Notes under the pieces: model-generated
Database searches by the model: none
What the model saw: only the letters and a program-made list of their open reading frames with translations
What the model was told of the DNA's origin: nothing
Origin: a virus
Lineage: Duplodnaviria; Heunggongvirae; Uroviricota; Caudoviricetes
Length of the DNA: 46,256 nucleotides
Virus record (IMG/VR): IMGVR_UViG_2579779052_000002
Direction: 5' to 3' (one strand)
Part shown: piece by piece, positions 10,271 to 19,291 of the stretch
Layout: the number at the start of each line of letters is the position of its first letter
Position numbering within the stretch: position 1 is the stretch's first letter
Translations under genes and position numbers: made by a program

Positions 10271-13200
10271 TCAGCATTCCTCCGTCACGTCGCATGGACA
10301 GCATCACCGCCTGCACCCGCTGGTCAATCAGCTGCACAAGACTGCCTGCCGCCTCCGCCCCTATCTGTCCGTTAGCCCCGTCATTCTGAATGGCGATGTG
10401 GTAGACCGGGGAATACACCAGACCGGCACTGCCGTTCATACTGCCCACCGCGCGTACGCCCAGCGAGCCATCCGCCGCCCGGGTCAGGGGCATAATGGCT
10501 TCAGGTCCGGCTTCCCCCATCAGCCCGGCCCCTTTTGCAAACGCAAAGTACGTGGGCGTGTCCACAATGCTGTTGCTGTACGCACTCAGGTTTGCCGAGG
10601 TATACACGCCGCCTTTTGCATTGGCCACCGCACCGCCCAGCCAGCTACCAATACTGCCGATAAATCCTCCCGCTCCGGACATACTGTTTGCCGCCGTCTT
10701 GATCCCGTTGACAATCGCGGCATTCATAAGAACTTTTGATATTTCCTGCAGCACTGATGAGGCCCAGCTGCGCCATTCCACTTTATTTCCGTTCAGCATC
10801 TCCGTGATGTTATTCACCATCCCTGAGATACCCTCCGTCGCCAGCTGTGCTGCCTGTGAGGCGTAATCGGACGCATTATCCACCCAGTTACTGAATCCCT
10901 CCTGCAGCCCTTTCTGCCAGTCCGCACGCTGCCCATCCGATTCGGCATAAAAGGCTTCCTGCTCTTTCAGACGTTCACTCAGATACTGCGCGTTCTGTGC
11001 CAGAGCCTGTCTGTAAAAATCCTCACTGATATCCCCGGTCTGATACTGAGACTGAAGGTCCGCATCCTTCTGGCGGAAACTGTCGCGGATCTGCTGCAAC
11101 TCCCGCATGCGTTCACGGAGCCGCTCTCCCTGCCCGTACCCCAGCAGTTCCGCTTCATTTGATGCACGCGCAGCCACATTATCATTCTTCAGGGTCTCTT
11201 CCCGGGACCGCAACTGCTCCCGGATTTTTTGCTGGTCAATCAGGGCCGCATTGCGCAGCAGTTCCTGCTTCTGCATCTCCGTCAGGGTTTTCAGTTCGCC
11301 CTGCGCAGTCTGGTATTTCAGCTTCGCCAGCTCTGTATTCTGCCCCGCAAGTGCCAATTGCTCTTTCTGCTGCTTCAGCAGCCGGGAAAAACTGTCTTCC
11401 GCTTTTTCCGTCTCTGATTTTCCACCCCGGGATTTGGGTTTATTCGCCTCGTTATTGCGCCAGGCTTCCAGGGCATTACTGATATAACGTTGTCTCGCCT
11501 CCTGATACGGTTCACCCACAAAACCGAGGTCATCCGCCGCATACCCCAGTCGGACACGCTCTTTTTCTTCCCCTTTCAGTCTGGACAGGGCCAGCTCACG
11601 CTCTGTTTTTGTCAGGGCACTCTGCTGTTTATCATCCAGAGTGGCCTGTGGCAGCCGTAACGGCACATTCACCAGTCCCTGCCGCTGCTGAAGCAGTTCA
11701 TTACCCAGCCCCAGCAGACGGTTGAATTCCGTATGCTGACCGTTCATAACCAGCATGGACTGGTACACCTTATTCTGCTCTGCCGCCTGCTGACGAATTA
11801 ACGCCACACGACGGTCTTCCAGCCCGGCAAGCACATCCTGAATGGACTGCGCTTTTTCCTGCATCTGTGCCAGACGGGACTGCTCAACGGCAAGCTGCTC
11901 TGTTGCCTGAGAAAGCCCTTCCGTCACGGTCTTCACCGATGTCAGATGGTTTATCATGAATCCGTCACCGGTTGTCCAGCCAGGGTTAGCCAGAACATAC
12001 TGATATCCAGCGATTTTTTCCTGCAGGGATTTCACCCGGCTGGCCTGTTCATCAATCAGCCGGTTCTGCTCTGCCAGCGCCGCCCGTGTTCGTCCTTCAT
12101 TATCTGAGGCTTCAGGCAAAGACATTGACGGCGTTTTATGCGCGATTTCATCTATCGTCAGTGCATACTGGCGCGCTGACTCCCTGGCCTGCTCCTGATT
12201 CTGGTACAGCGTATACCATGCTGCTGCCCCCAGCATCACCAGTCCGGGTACGCCACCAACCAGTCCCAACGCACCAGTCATCAGACGTGAGCCCACCGCC
12301 GTTGTACTGTTCAGCGCATTCTGGGCTGCGGTTCTGGCAGCAATATTTCTGTTCAGGCGTTCCTGTGTGGCCGCCAGACGGGCTTCTGCAGCAATCTGCA
12401 TCTCCGTCCCGCGGGCTGCCGCCACAGCCTGCTGTGCACGGTACACGGCTGCCCTTGCCCGCGCCGTGGCAATCTGCGTCCCCCTGAGCTGTGCTTCCGC
12501 CAGTGCCACTTCATTACGTGCTGCCGTCACAAGTCCTGCCGTGGCAGACACCGCTCCGGAGGCCATATTGCCAAAGTACCGGGCAACCCCGACGGCAACC
12601 AGCGCCCCCGCGGCTGTTGCCACATTATCAATATTACCGGCAACACCGTTCAGCACGCCGGAGAGCGTTTTCGTCGCTCCGCTGGCTTCATTCGCGCCAC
12701 CCACCCAGGCCATAAAGGCGTTTTCCACCTTTGTGATCCCGTCAGAGACCGTTTCCGGCATGGCGGCATATTCATCACGCAATACCCCCAGCTGGCTGAT
12801 TAACGCAGGAACGACTTTATCCGCCGTCAGTTTGCCGTCGTCCGCCATCGCCTTAAGGTCTTTACGGGCCACGCCCATACCCGCAGCCAGTGCACGTACG
12901 ATCCGGTCTCCGCTTTCATTGACCGAATTAAATTCCTCACCGCGTAACACACCCTGTGCCAGCGCCTGGCTGAACTGGGTGATCACCGAGCCCGCCTCTG
13001 CCGTACTGGCACCGGAGATTTTCAGCCCCGTGGAAATGGCCTCCGTCACCTTCAGCACATCATCAGCACTGTAACCATATTCACGCATTGAGGCTGCCGA
13101 GCGGGCAAACAGGGCCGCATTATCTGAAAATGCCGTGCCCGTCCGCTGGCTGATATCCATCAGCACTTTCTGTGATGACGAAAATTCATCGGATGACTGC

Positions 13201-13505
13201 GACGCCTGTTTCAGTCGGGCATTCACGGAACTCCATTCATCGGCCAGAGAAATCAGGTGTCCGGTGGCAAAGGCACCTGCAAATGCCCCCGCCGTTCCGG
13301 CAGCTGAAGCGCGGATTTCCGTCAACTGGCTGTTCAGCTCAGCCAGGGCGCGTCGCTGCTCCCGGGCGACTGCGGCAGCCTGACGCCCGCCATTCTGCAG
13401 GGTCCGGTAATATTCACTGCCCATGCGGGAAGTCCGCTGGATCTCCGACTGGAATGACTGCGAATTTGCCGAAATTTTGATAATCAGTTCACGTAACGTC
13501 GCCAT
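10263..13505 (-). CDS. H: tail tape measure protein (1080 aa)
   Basis: Long coiled-coil-rich protein between G-T and M; larger than lambda gpH (853 aa as recalled). Confidence 0.9.
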   Translation of the reverse strand: MATLRELIIKISANSQSFQSEIQRTSRMGSEYYRTLQNGGRQAAAVAREQRRALAELNSQLTEIRASAAGTAGAFAGAFATGHLISLADEWSSVNARLKQASQSSDEFSSSQKVLMDISQRTGTAFSDNAALFARSAASMREYGYSADDVLKVTEAISTGLKISGASTAEAGSVITQFSQALAQGVLRGEEFNSVNESGDRIVRALAAGMGVARKDLKAMADDGKLTADKVVPALISQLGVLRDEYAAMPETVSDGITKVENAFMAWVGGANEASGATKTLSGVLNGVAGNIDNVATAAGALVAVGVARYFGNMASGAVSATAGLVTAARNEVALAEAQLRGTQIATARARAAVYRAQQAVAAARGTEMQIAAEARLAATQERLNRNIAARTAAQNALNSTTAVGSRLMTGALGLVGGVPGLVMLGAAAWYTLYQNQEQARESARQYALTIDEIAHKTPSMSLPEASDNEGRTRAALAEQNRLIDEQASRVKSLQEKIAGYQYVLANPGWTTGDGFMINHLTSVKTVTEGLSQATEQLAVEQSRLAQMQEKAQSIQDVLAGLEDRRVALIRQQAAEQNKVYQSMLVMNGQHTEFNRLLGLGNELLQQRQGLVNVPLRLPQATLDDKQQSALTKTERELALSRLKGEEKERVRLGYAADDLGFVGEPYQEARQRYISNALEAWRNNEANKPKSRGGKSETEKAEDSFSRLLKQQKEQLALAGQNTELAKLKYQTAQGELKTLTEMQKQELLRNAALIDQQKIREQLRSREETLKNDNVAARASNEAELLGYGQGERLRERMRELQQIRDSFRQKDADLQSQYQTGDISEDFYRQALAQNAQYLSERLKEQEAFYAESDGQRADWQKGLQEGFSNWVDNASDYASQAAQLATEGISGMVNNITEMLNGNKVEWRSWASSVLQEISKVLMNAAIVNGIKTAANSMSGAGGFIGSIGSWLGGAVANAKGGVYTSANLSAYSNSIVDTPTYFAFAKGAGLMGEAGPEAIMPLTRAADGSLGVRAVGSMNGSAGLVYSPVYHIAIQNDGANGQIGAEAAGSLVQLIDQRVQAVMLSMRRDGGMLSG

Positions 13506-13552
13506 TCACCTTTCTCCGGGCGTAAAAAAACCGCCTCAGCGGTTCTCATCAT

Positions 13553-14232
13553 TCATGACTGTGCTGCAAAGCTCAGCGCGTCTTCCAGCGCCGCAAACGG
13601 ATCCACCTCCGGCTTATCCTCATCCTCGCCCCAGCAGAGCATGGCGTCCTTCAGTGCAACATTCATCCCCTGTGCCCCAAAAACCGCTTTCACGATCTGT
13701 GCATTACGGATATCCCCGCGCTCATCACCCAGCGGGGATACCCTGTCGAACTCCATCCACATCATCGCCTCGCTCACACTCAGGCTGTGCCGCAGTTCGG
13801 ATAAGGTGCGCCCCAGACGGAGCGCAAGTCGCATCAGAAAGCGAATTTCCGGGCGGGCTACTTTTTTCTGGCCGACTCTGCATCAGCGATCAGTTCCAGT
13901 GCCTGACGCAGCAACCGGGCATGTACCGGACCATAGACGGCCAGCACCTGCTCACGGTCGTCCGGAGCGAACACCCGCTGCAGATCCGTATCACACAGGA
14001 CATCGCAGAACAGCGTCACATCCGCTTCCAGGTTACGGCGGGTTTTCGCCACCACCGACAGGGTATCGTCATCCTCTCCATCACCATTGAGCACTTCCTG
14101 CCACAGATACCAGGCCTCTGCCGAAGGCTCCCGCAGCACCACGCTGACATTACCCCATTCCGGCACCTTCACCGTTTTATGACGAAACCCTGACAGTCTG
14201 GCCAGCGCCAGCGTTTTCAGATCCTTTTTCAT
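13553..14232 (-). CDS. T: tail assembly chaperone G-T fusion produced by programmed -1 ribosomal frameshift
   Basis: G frame ends ...ARKK-stop at 13858; the -1 frame is open across the slippery site and continues as ...KKVARPEIRFLMRLALRLGR... to stop at 13553. Confidence 0.75.
13858..14232 (-). CDS. G: tail assembly chaperone G
   Basis: Start chosen at ATG 14232 (MKKDLKTLALARLSGF) just after V stop; acidic protein between V and H. Confidence 0.8.
   Translation of the reverse strand: MKKDLKTLALARLSGFRHKTVKVPEWGNVSVVLREPSAEAWYLWQEVLNGDGEDDDTLSVVAKTRRNLEADVTLFCDVLCDTDLQRVFAPDDREQVLAVYGPVHARLLRQALELIADAESARKK
13861..13867 (-). promoter_or_regulatory. -1 frameshift slippery heptamer A_AAA_AAG
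   Basis: Minus strand reads GCC AGA AAA AAG TAG; heptamer A AAA AAG lies immediately before the G stop codon. Confidence 0.7.
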
Positions 14233-14246
14233 GATGACCCATCCCC

Positions 14247-14963
14247 TTATCCGGCGGCTGCGCTCACTGTCACGGTGCATTCAACAGACGTCACACTCTG
14301 TGCTTTCTCTGCCGAATCGGTCACCACGCAGGTATATTTCCCCGCATCAGCGGACTGCGCACCTGGCTTACTGAAGGTGTCTGTCGTCTGCCCGTCAACC
14401 GGCTGACCATCCTTCTTCCAGGCGTATTTATACGGCGGCGTTCCCCCGTTGGCACTGACTGACATTGTCAGCAGCGCACCTGTATTCACGGTAAGTGTTT
14501 TATCCAGATTTTTCACAAACGCCAGCGGTACCACAAAGGACACCGGTTTGCCTTTCATACGCAGTGAAAACGTTGCTGCCACCACGCCGTTGGTACCGGA
14601 TGACCAGGTGTGCTGACGCACTTCCGCCAGGAACTTAAAGCCCTTACCGGACGGAAACAGCACCTTAAACGCATACAACGCGTCATTGTCATAGGCATCA
14701 CGCAGGGCGTTCTGGGCCTGATTCAGATAAAAATTACCCGACATGGAAATCTCAGACGACGCCCCCAGACCGTTGATGTTCTCCTGCTCGGTGGAGCAGA
14801 GCGTGGTCACATCAATATCCTGTTTCTGACCGGCGGTGAACTGGACTTCCTTGATGGTGCAATCCAGGCGCAGATATTCCGCCTTATCCATAGTTTCAGC
14901 AGTCGCCGGGGCAGATGAAATCATCACCTGCGTCAGCTGTGAGCGTTCATACAAAGCAGACAT
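14247..14963 (-). CDS. V: major tail protein V with C-terminal Ig-like domain
   Basis: Start chosen at ATG 14963 (MSALYERSQLTQV...) preceded by AGGAGG; C-terminal region resembles Big_2-type Ig domain (ends TVSAAAG). Confidence 0.85.
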   Translation of the reverse strand: MSALYERSQLTQVMISSAPATAETMDKAEYLRLDCTIKEVQFTAGQKQDIDVTTLCSTEQENINGLGASSEISMSGNFYLNQAQNALRDAYDNDALYAFKVLFPSGKGFKFLAEVRQHTWSSGTNGVVAATFSLRMKGKPVSFVVPLAFVKNLDKTLTVNTGALLTMSVSANGGTPPYKYAWKKDGQPVDGQTTDTFSKPGAQSADAGKYTCVVTDSAEKAQSVTSVECTVTVSAAAG

Positions 14964-15027
14964 TCTGCCTCCTGATAATAAAAAACCCGCACGCGGCGGG
15001 GTATGGTTTTGTAGAAAAAAGAAAAAG

Positions 15028-15372
15028 TCACACCGTGACCTGAAACTCCAGGGTTGCACGGTAACAGCGGTTTTCCGGAATATAGTCCTGCATTTCACTG
15101 ACGGATCCCGGGGCCAGCAGCATTATGGCTTCACGGGCGTCCTGACGTATCTGACGCGCCTGCGTCACAGTCCCGGCATAAACGTCTATCTGCACCGACA
15201 CTGAGGACTCCGCCTGCCCGCCCATCACGTCCGCTGACACCGATGAAATCAGGCTGAAAACCACCCACGGAAGCGCCACCGACGGCCTGCCATCCAGCAG
15301 GGGGACCACATACGGGTACCCCTGCCCGCCGGCAAGATGCGCCAGATGAGGATACAAATCCGCCTCCGTCAT
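15028..15372 (-). CDS. tail terminator / minor tail protein (gpU-like position)
   Basis: 114 aa ORF immediately upstream of V, ATGA-coupled to the preceding gene; assignment by synteny. Confidence 0.6.
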   Translation of the reverse strand: MTEADLYPHLAHLAGGQGYPYVVPLLDGRPSVALPWVVFSLISSVSADVMGGQAESSVSVQIDVYAGTVTQARQIRQDAREAIMLLAPGSVSEMQDYIPENRCYRATLEFQVTV

Positions 15373-15815
15373 CGTCTCAGTACCTCATCAATGGCCCGGT
15401 TCATCCGCGCAATCGCCACCTGAGCTGCCTGTTCACTGCGCACATCAAACGCCGGGCGCACAAACGGGTGCGGTGGCATATTCACAGTCCCCATTTCCAC
15501 AAACCGCCAGTAGAAAGCATTGCGCGGGTTATCCGCCTTCATAGTGTTATCGCTGTTACCGGTGTCCGGATTAACACCACGGATATGGACACCGGATTCC
15601 ATCCCGCCATCGCGGGAGCGCCGGGAAAGGATCACCACATTGCGGCGCAGTTTTCCCCTGCGTACCGGTGCCCGTGACACCACTTCTTCTTTCAGCACAT
15701 TCGCACCCGCACGGGTTGCCTCACGCAGCACCCGGTTATTTTCCGCACCACTCAGAAGCTGCAAATCGCGGCTGATGTCCTCCAGCCCCGAAAAATCCAG
15801 CAGGGTTTCGATCAT
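15369..15815 (-). CDS. HK97 gp10-like tail completion / head-tail joining protein
   Basis: 148 aa; position and general resemblance to HK97 gp10 family; ATGA coupling on both sides. Confidence 0.6.
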   Translation of the reverse strand: MIETLLDFSGLEDISRDLQLLSGAENNRVLREATRAGANVLKEEVVSRAPVRRGKLRRNVVILSRRSRDGGMESGVHIRGVNPDTGNSDNTMKADNPRNAFYWRFVEMGTVNMPPHPFVRPAFDVRSEQAAQVAIARMNRAIDEVLRR

Positions 15816-16162
15816 TTTTCCCCTCCCAGCCGACAGAGAATTTCCAGCCGCCCGCCGGTCGCATCCGGCACGGGCAGCCCGACAACGTTCAGGATCCGGT
15901 CACGCCATGGACCACTCAGCACATGAAGTCGTGACGCTGCCGTGATTTCCCGACCGGACTGACCGCGCACCCAGATGCGGATTTCCGCCTGCGCCATTTC
16001 CGCACCGGACTGCATCCGCTCCCGGCTGCTCCTGCCACGGATATCCGCATGAATTTTCCCGCATGACACCCATTCTTCCGTCATTTCTCCGGCAGCGTTA
16101 CGGGTTAACACCGGATTCAGAACACTTATCATCTGTGTCAGACGACCTGCAGATATTGCCAT
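15812..16162 (-). CDS. head closure / head-tail adaptor protein
   Basis: 116 aa ORF in connector block between portal and tail genes. Confidence 0.6.
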   Translation of the reverse strand: MAISAGRLTQMISVLNPVLTRNAAGEMTEEWVSCGKIHADIRGRSSRERMQSGAEMAQAEIRIWVRGQSGREITAASRLHVLSGPWRDRILNVVGLPVPDATGGRLEILCRLGGEK

Positions 16163-16171
16163 TCCCCCTCC

Positions 16172-16498
16172 TCATAACACCGTCGGACAACGCAAATCGT
16201 AAATCAGCACGGAAACAGAAAACGGCAGCTCCCCCTGAAGCAGTTCTTCCCGCTCCGCAAGATCCGGATTCCGGTACAGCATCCCGGTCAGTCGCATGGC
16301 AGCCCCCTTCATCCGGGTTAATGCCTCGCCCGGGATCAGTTCACCGTCCTCACGGATCACTTTATCCCGGCTGCCCTGAATGTAGGCCAGCAGCACGGCG
16401 GTAGCCTGACGAACCTTGTCCATCAGCATGTCATCATCCGCGTCATGGTCGACACGCAGATGTGCCTTGATCTCTTCCAGTGTCAGTAATGCCGTCAT
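16172..16498 (-). CDS. head-tail connector (gp6-like)
   Basis: 108 aa, overlaps portal stop by 4 nt; synteny. Confidence 0.6.
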   Translation of the reverse strand: MTALLTLEEIKAHLRVDHDADDDMLMDKVRQATAVLLAYIQGSRDKVIREDGELIPGEALTRMKGAAMRLTGMLYRNPDLAEREELLQGELPFSVSVLIYDLRCPTVL

Positions 16499-19080
16499 TT
16501 TCCGCCTCCTGCATCCCGCCCACGTTTTGCCGCCAGGGTCCAGGCTGATGAATGAGCTTCTCCGGGTTTATCTTCGGTCATACTGTTGCAGTGCCACAGC
16601 GAGCCCCCCCACGTCACCGTATCGCCGGGGTGGTAGGTTTCACCGGCTCTGAACACACCGCGGTAGAGCATCACCGGCAGGGAAAATGTTTTTTCCGTAC
16701 GCTGGCCACTGCTCTGCCGGACCACCACAGAGAACAACCGCTCACCCGTCATGCTGACGTCAATATCCGCCACCCCGTCAACCAGGCATTCCCATCCCCG
16801 CATCCCGTGCGTTTTTTCATACGCCCGCCAGAGTCCGCCCTGGTGTGTGGCATACGTGCCCCGGGGAAAGGATTTTTGATCGTCAATGGCGGGGAGTATT
16901 TCCAGAGCCGTGGCATCACGCCCGTCCTGCGGAGCCGGCAGGGCACTCACCGCATCCAGAACCGCCTTCTGCAGAACATCCGGATCGTAGTCACGACCAT
17001 CACGCGGAACATGAATATGGCTTACCGCCTCCTTCACCATCTGTTCAAGCATCGGACGCACATCATCCGGGGTGAGACTTTTACCGTCTGCCGGCTGCGG
17101 AATATTTGCGACCGCATCATTCACCGCCTTCTGCAGAACATCGGGATCATAGTCACGACCGTCGCGCGGAACAGGGATATGGCTTACAGCCTCCTTCACC
17201 ATCTGTTCAAGCATCGGACGCACATCATCCGGGGTGAGACTTTTACCGTCCGCCGGCTGCGGAATATTTGCGACCGCATCATTCACCGCCTTCTGCAGTA
17301 CTTCCGGATCGTAGTCACGACCATCACGCGGAACAGGGATATGGCTTACAGCCTCCTTCACCATCTGTTCAAGCATCGGACGCACATCATCCGGGGTGAG
17401 ACTTTTACCGTCCGCCGGCTGCGGAATATTTGCGACCGCATCATTCACCGCCTGCTGCAGTACATCCGGATCATAATCACGACCATCACGCGGTACCGGA
17501 ATGGCCCCCACAGCGTCATCCACCATCGCCTGCAGAACCGGACGCACCTCATCCACCGTCACATGCTTCTGTAATACCGCCGACAGGGAAGTCAGTTTCT
17601 CTTCAAACGCTTGTGCCTGCGAGGCCATCTTCCCCTCAAATGTGCGCTGTAAATCCGCCAGCACTGTGGAGAATTCTTCTCCCAGTGCACGAATAATGGA
17701 CAGTTCCCGTTCCGTCATTTTCTCAGTATCCCCCCTGAACATCGCTTTCACCGCATCATGCTCTGTTTCACTGATTGCCTTATTACCGTCAGATGCGCCG
17801 TCAGGCAGCTGTGATGAAACTGTTTTCCCGGCAGACGCGAACGGATCCTCACGGGCATCACGACGGGACAGCGCCTCCAGACTGTAGTTCTGCTGCTGAA
17901 GATACAGTGCATCACCGCCGGCCAGGGGCGGCAGGTTCTCCCGTTTACGGGCCTCATTGGGCGTGAGAAGCGTATTTTTCACCGCATCCCCCAGCGTTTT
18001 CATGCGCCGCTCACTGTCCATTCTCAGCAGCGTGGTGACATCAAATTCTGTACTCTCGTTTTCCCCCGTTTCCAGCGCCTCATCCAGTAACAGTTCAATG
18101 GACTCAATCAGCGTCTGCAGGCACTGGGAATAATACTGCTGCTCCAGCGCCTCCACGTTGTCACTGGAAGGCGGTTGTCCCACGCCAATCTTGTAGGCCG
18201 GGACACGGAACACCGAACAGACAATTTCAGCGGTCATCTTCAGTTGTTCCACCGTCTGCGCATCCACAGGTGAAAACGTCGTGGGGTTGTATTTTGCCCC
18301 GTTGCTCAGAATGGCCGTTTTCCCCGCATTTTCGCCTGTATACCCGCTGTCCCAGTTGCTCTTCAGTTTTTTCGCATTTTCTTCCGTAATACTGCCGGGG
18401 ATCTCAATCACCCCGGACGGCCTGCCGCCATTTCTGAAAAAAGACGTCGAATTTTCCTGAATATGATGCCCCTGCGTGGCCGCCAGCCCGGCGGCATACA
18501 CCGGCGGCAATCCTATAAGCGGATGAAAAAAACAGTTAAACCGGTCGTGGATCACTTCCCGGGCAGGCACCGTCACCGCCTCCGTGATCCCGCAGTTCCG
18601 GTCCGGCGTGATGCGGTAGAACACCTCGCCGTCATCCGCCACCAGAGGTTCAACCCGGCTCCAGTCCAGAATACGCAGTTCTTTGATCTGCCCCCGGGCA
18701 TTACGGATTTTCAGCACCACCGTATTGCCATGACGCAGTTTGGCGTTCAGCCACAGTTCAAAAAACTGGATGCGGTTCTGCTGGGCGTTGGGACGACGAC
18801 AGAGGCGGGCAATATCCCCCCGGCGCGTTTCCCTGCGTATCCCATGCGCATCCGTCTGCATAAGACGCAGCCGCATTTTGGCGATATCCTGGGATATCAG
18901 CGAAATACATGCAAACACCGCATGAAAGGAGAGGACGGCTTCAGGATCGGCTTTCACGCCCTGCTGCCAGGCGCCGGAAAAGGGCTCAGCCACCGCCTGA
19001 AACAGGCTGGTCCAGCCCGCCTCTCTTACGTCACGTCCTGATTTCTGGTTTTTTCGGGTTCGCCGTAAAAGGTTCCACAT
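16495..19080 (-). CDS. portal protein (HK97 family) with ~440-aa C-terminal extension containing tandem 54-aa repeats
   Basis: N-terminal ~420 aa contains portal-like motifs (RPSGVIEIPG, GENAGKTAILSNGAKYNP, EIVCSVFRVPAYKIG); C-terminal region has 4 copies of IPVPRDGRDYDPDVLQKAVNDAVANIPQPADGKSLTPDDVRPMLEQMVKEAVSH. Confidence 0.8.
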   Translation of the reverse strand: MWNLLRRTRKNQKSGRDVREAGWTSLFQAVAEPFSGAWQQGVKADPEAVLSFHAVFACISLISQDIAKMRLRLMQTDAHGIRRETRRGDIARLCRRPNAQQNRIQFFELWLNAKLRHGNTVVLKIRNARGQIKELRILDWSRVEPLVADDGEVFYRITPDRNCGITEAVTVPAREVIHDRFNCFFHPLIGLPPVYAAGLAATQGHHIQENSTSFFRNGGRPSGVIEIPGSITEENAKKLKSNWDSGYTGENAGKTAILSNGAKYNPTTFSPVDAQTVEQLKMTAEIVCSVFRVPAYKIGVGQPPSSDNVEALEQQYYSQCLQTLIESIELLLDEALETGENESTEFDVTTLLRMDSERRMKTLGDAVKNTLLTPNEARKRENLPPLAGGDALYLQQQNYSLEALSRRDAREDPFASAGKTVSSQLPDGASDGNKAISETEHDAVKAMFRGDTEKMTERELSIIRALGEEFSTVLADLQRTFEGKMASQAQAFEEKLTSLSAVLQKHVTVDEVRPVLQAMVDDAVGAIPVPRDGRDYDPDVLQQAVNDAVANIPQPADGKSLTPDDVRPMLEQMVKEAVSHIPVPRDGRDYDPEVLQKAVNDAVANIPQPADGKSLTPDDVRPMLEQMVKEAVSHIPVPRDGRDYDPDVLQKAVNDAVANIPQPADGKSLTPDDVRPMLEQMVKEAVSHIHVPRDGRDYDPDVLQKAVLDAVSALPAPQDGRDATALEILPAIDDQKSFPRGTYATHQGGLWRAYEKTHGMRGWECLVDGVADIDVSMTGERLFSVVVRQSSGQRTEKTFSLPVMLYRGVFRAGETYHPGDTVTWGGSLWHCNSMTEDKPGEAHSSAWTLAAKRGRDAGGGK
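16939..17586. repeat. 162-bp tandem direct repeat, ~4 copies, in-frame within portal gene
   Basis: Anchor AATATTTGCGACCGCATCATTCACCGCC recurs at 17101, 17263 and 17425 (period 162); flanking copies are degenerate. Confidence 0.9.
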
Positions 19081-19247
19081 TCGCCATGCTCCGCATCACG
19101 TTTCTTTTTCTGACCTGCCGGACGTCGCACCGTGATGTACTCCGCCTTTCCCAGGCGAACCAGCACCTCCGCACACGGCTGTGCCACATCACGGATATCC
19201 CCGGCCCGGGCATCATGCGTGCCCTGCAGATATCGGATCTTTGCCAT
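19026..19247 (-). CDS. hypothetical small protein (73 aa) between capsid and portal genes
   Basis: ATG-initiated ORF, weak RBS, overlaps portal start by ~55 nt; may not be expressed. Confidence 0.3.
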   Translation of the reverse strand: MAKIRYLQGTHDARAGDIRDVAQPCAEVLVRLGKAEYITVRRPAGQKKKRDAEHGECGTFYGEPEKTRNQDVT

Positions 19248-19291
19248 AACCTGTTACGGGAGGCGCACGCCTCCCGTCCTCCTTATCAGAC

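Noticed and set aside
16552-17574. 340-aa plus-strand ORF with repeated HRLLQ motifs
   Set aside because: Antisense reading of the portal 162-bp tandem repeats.
16939-17586. Tandem repeats as a possible CRISPR array
   Set aside because: Period is 162 bp with no unique spacers, and the repeats are in-frame coding sequence of the portal gene.
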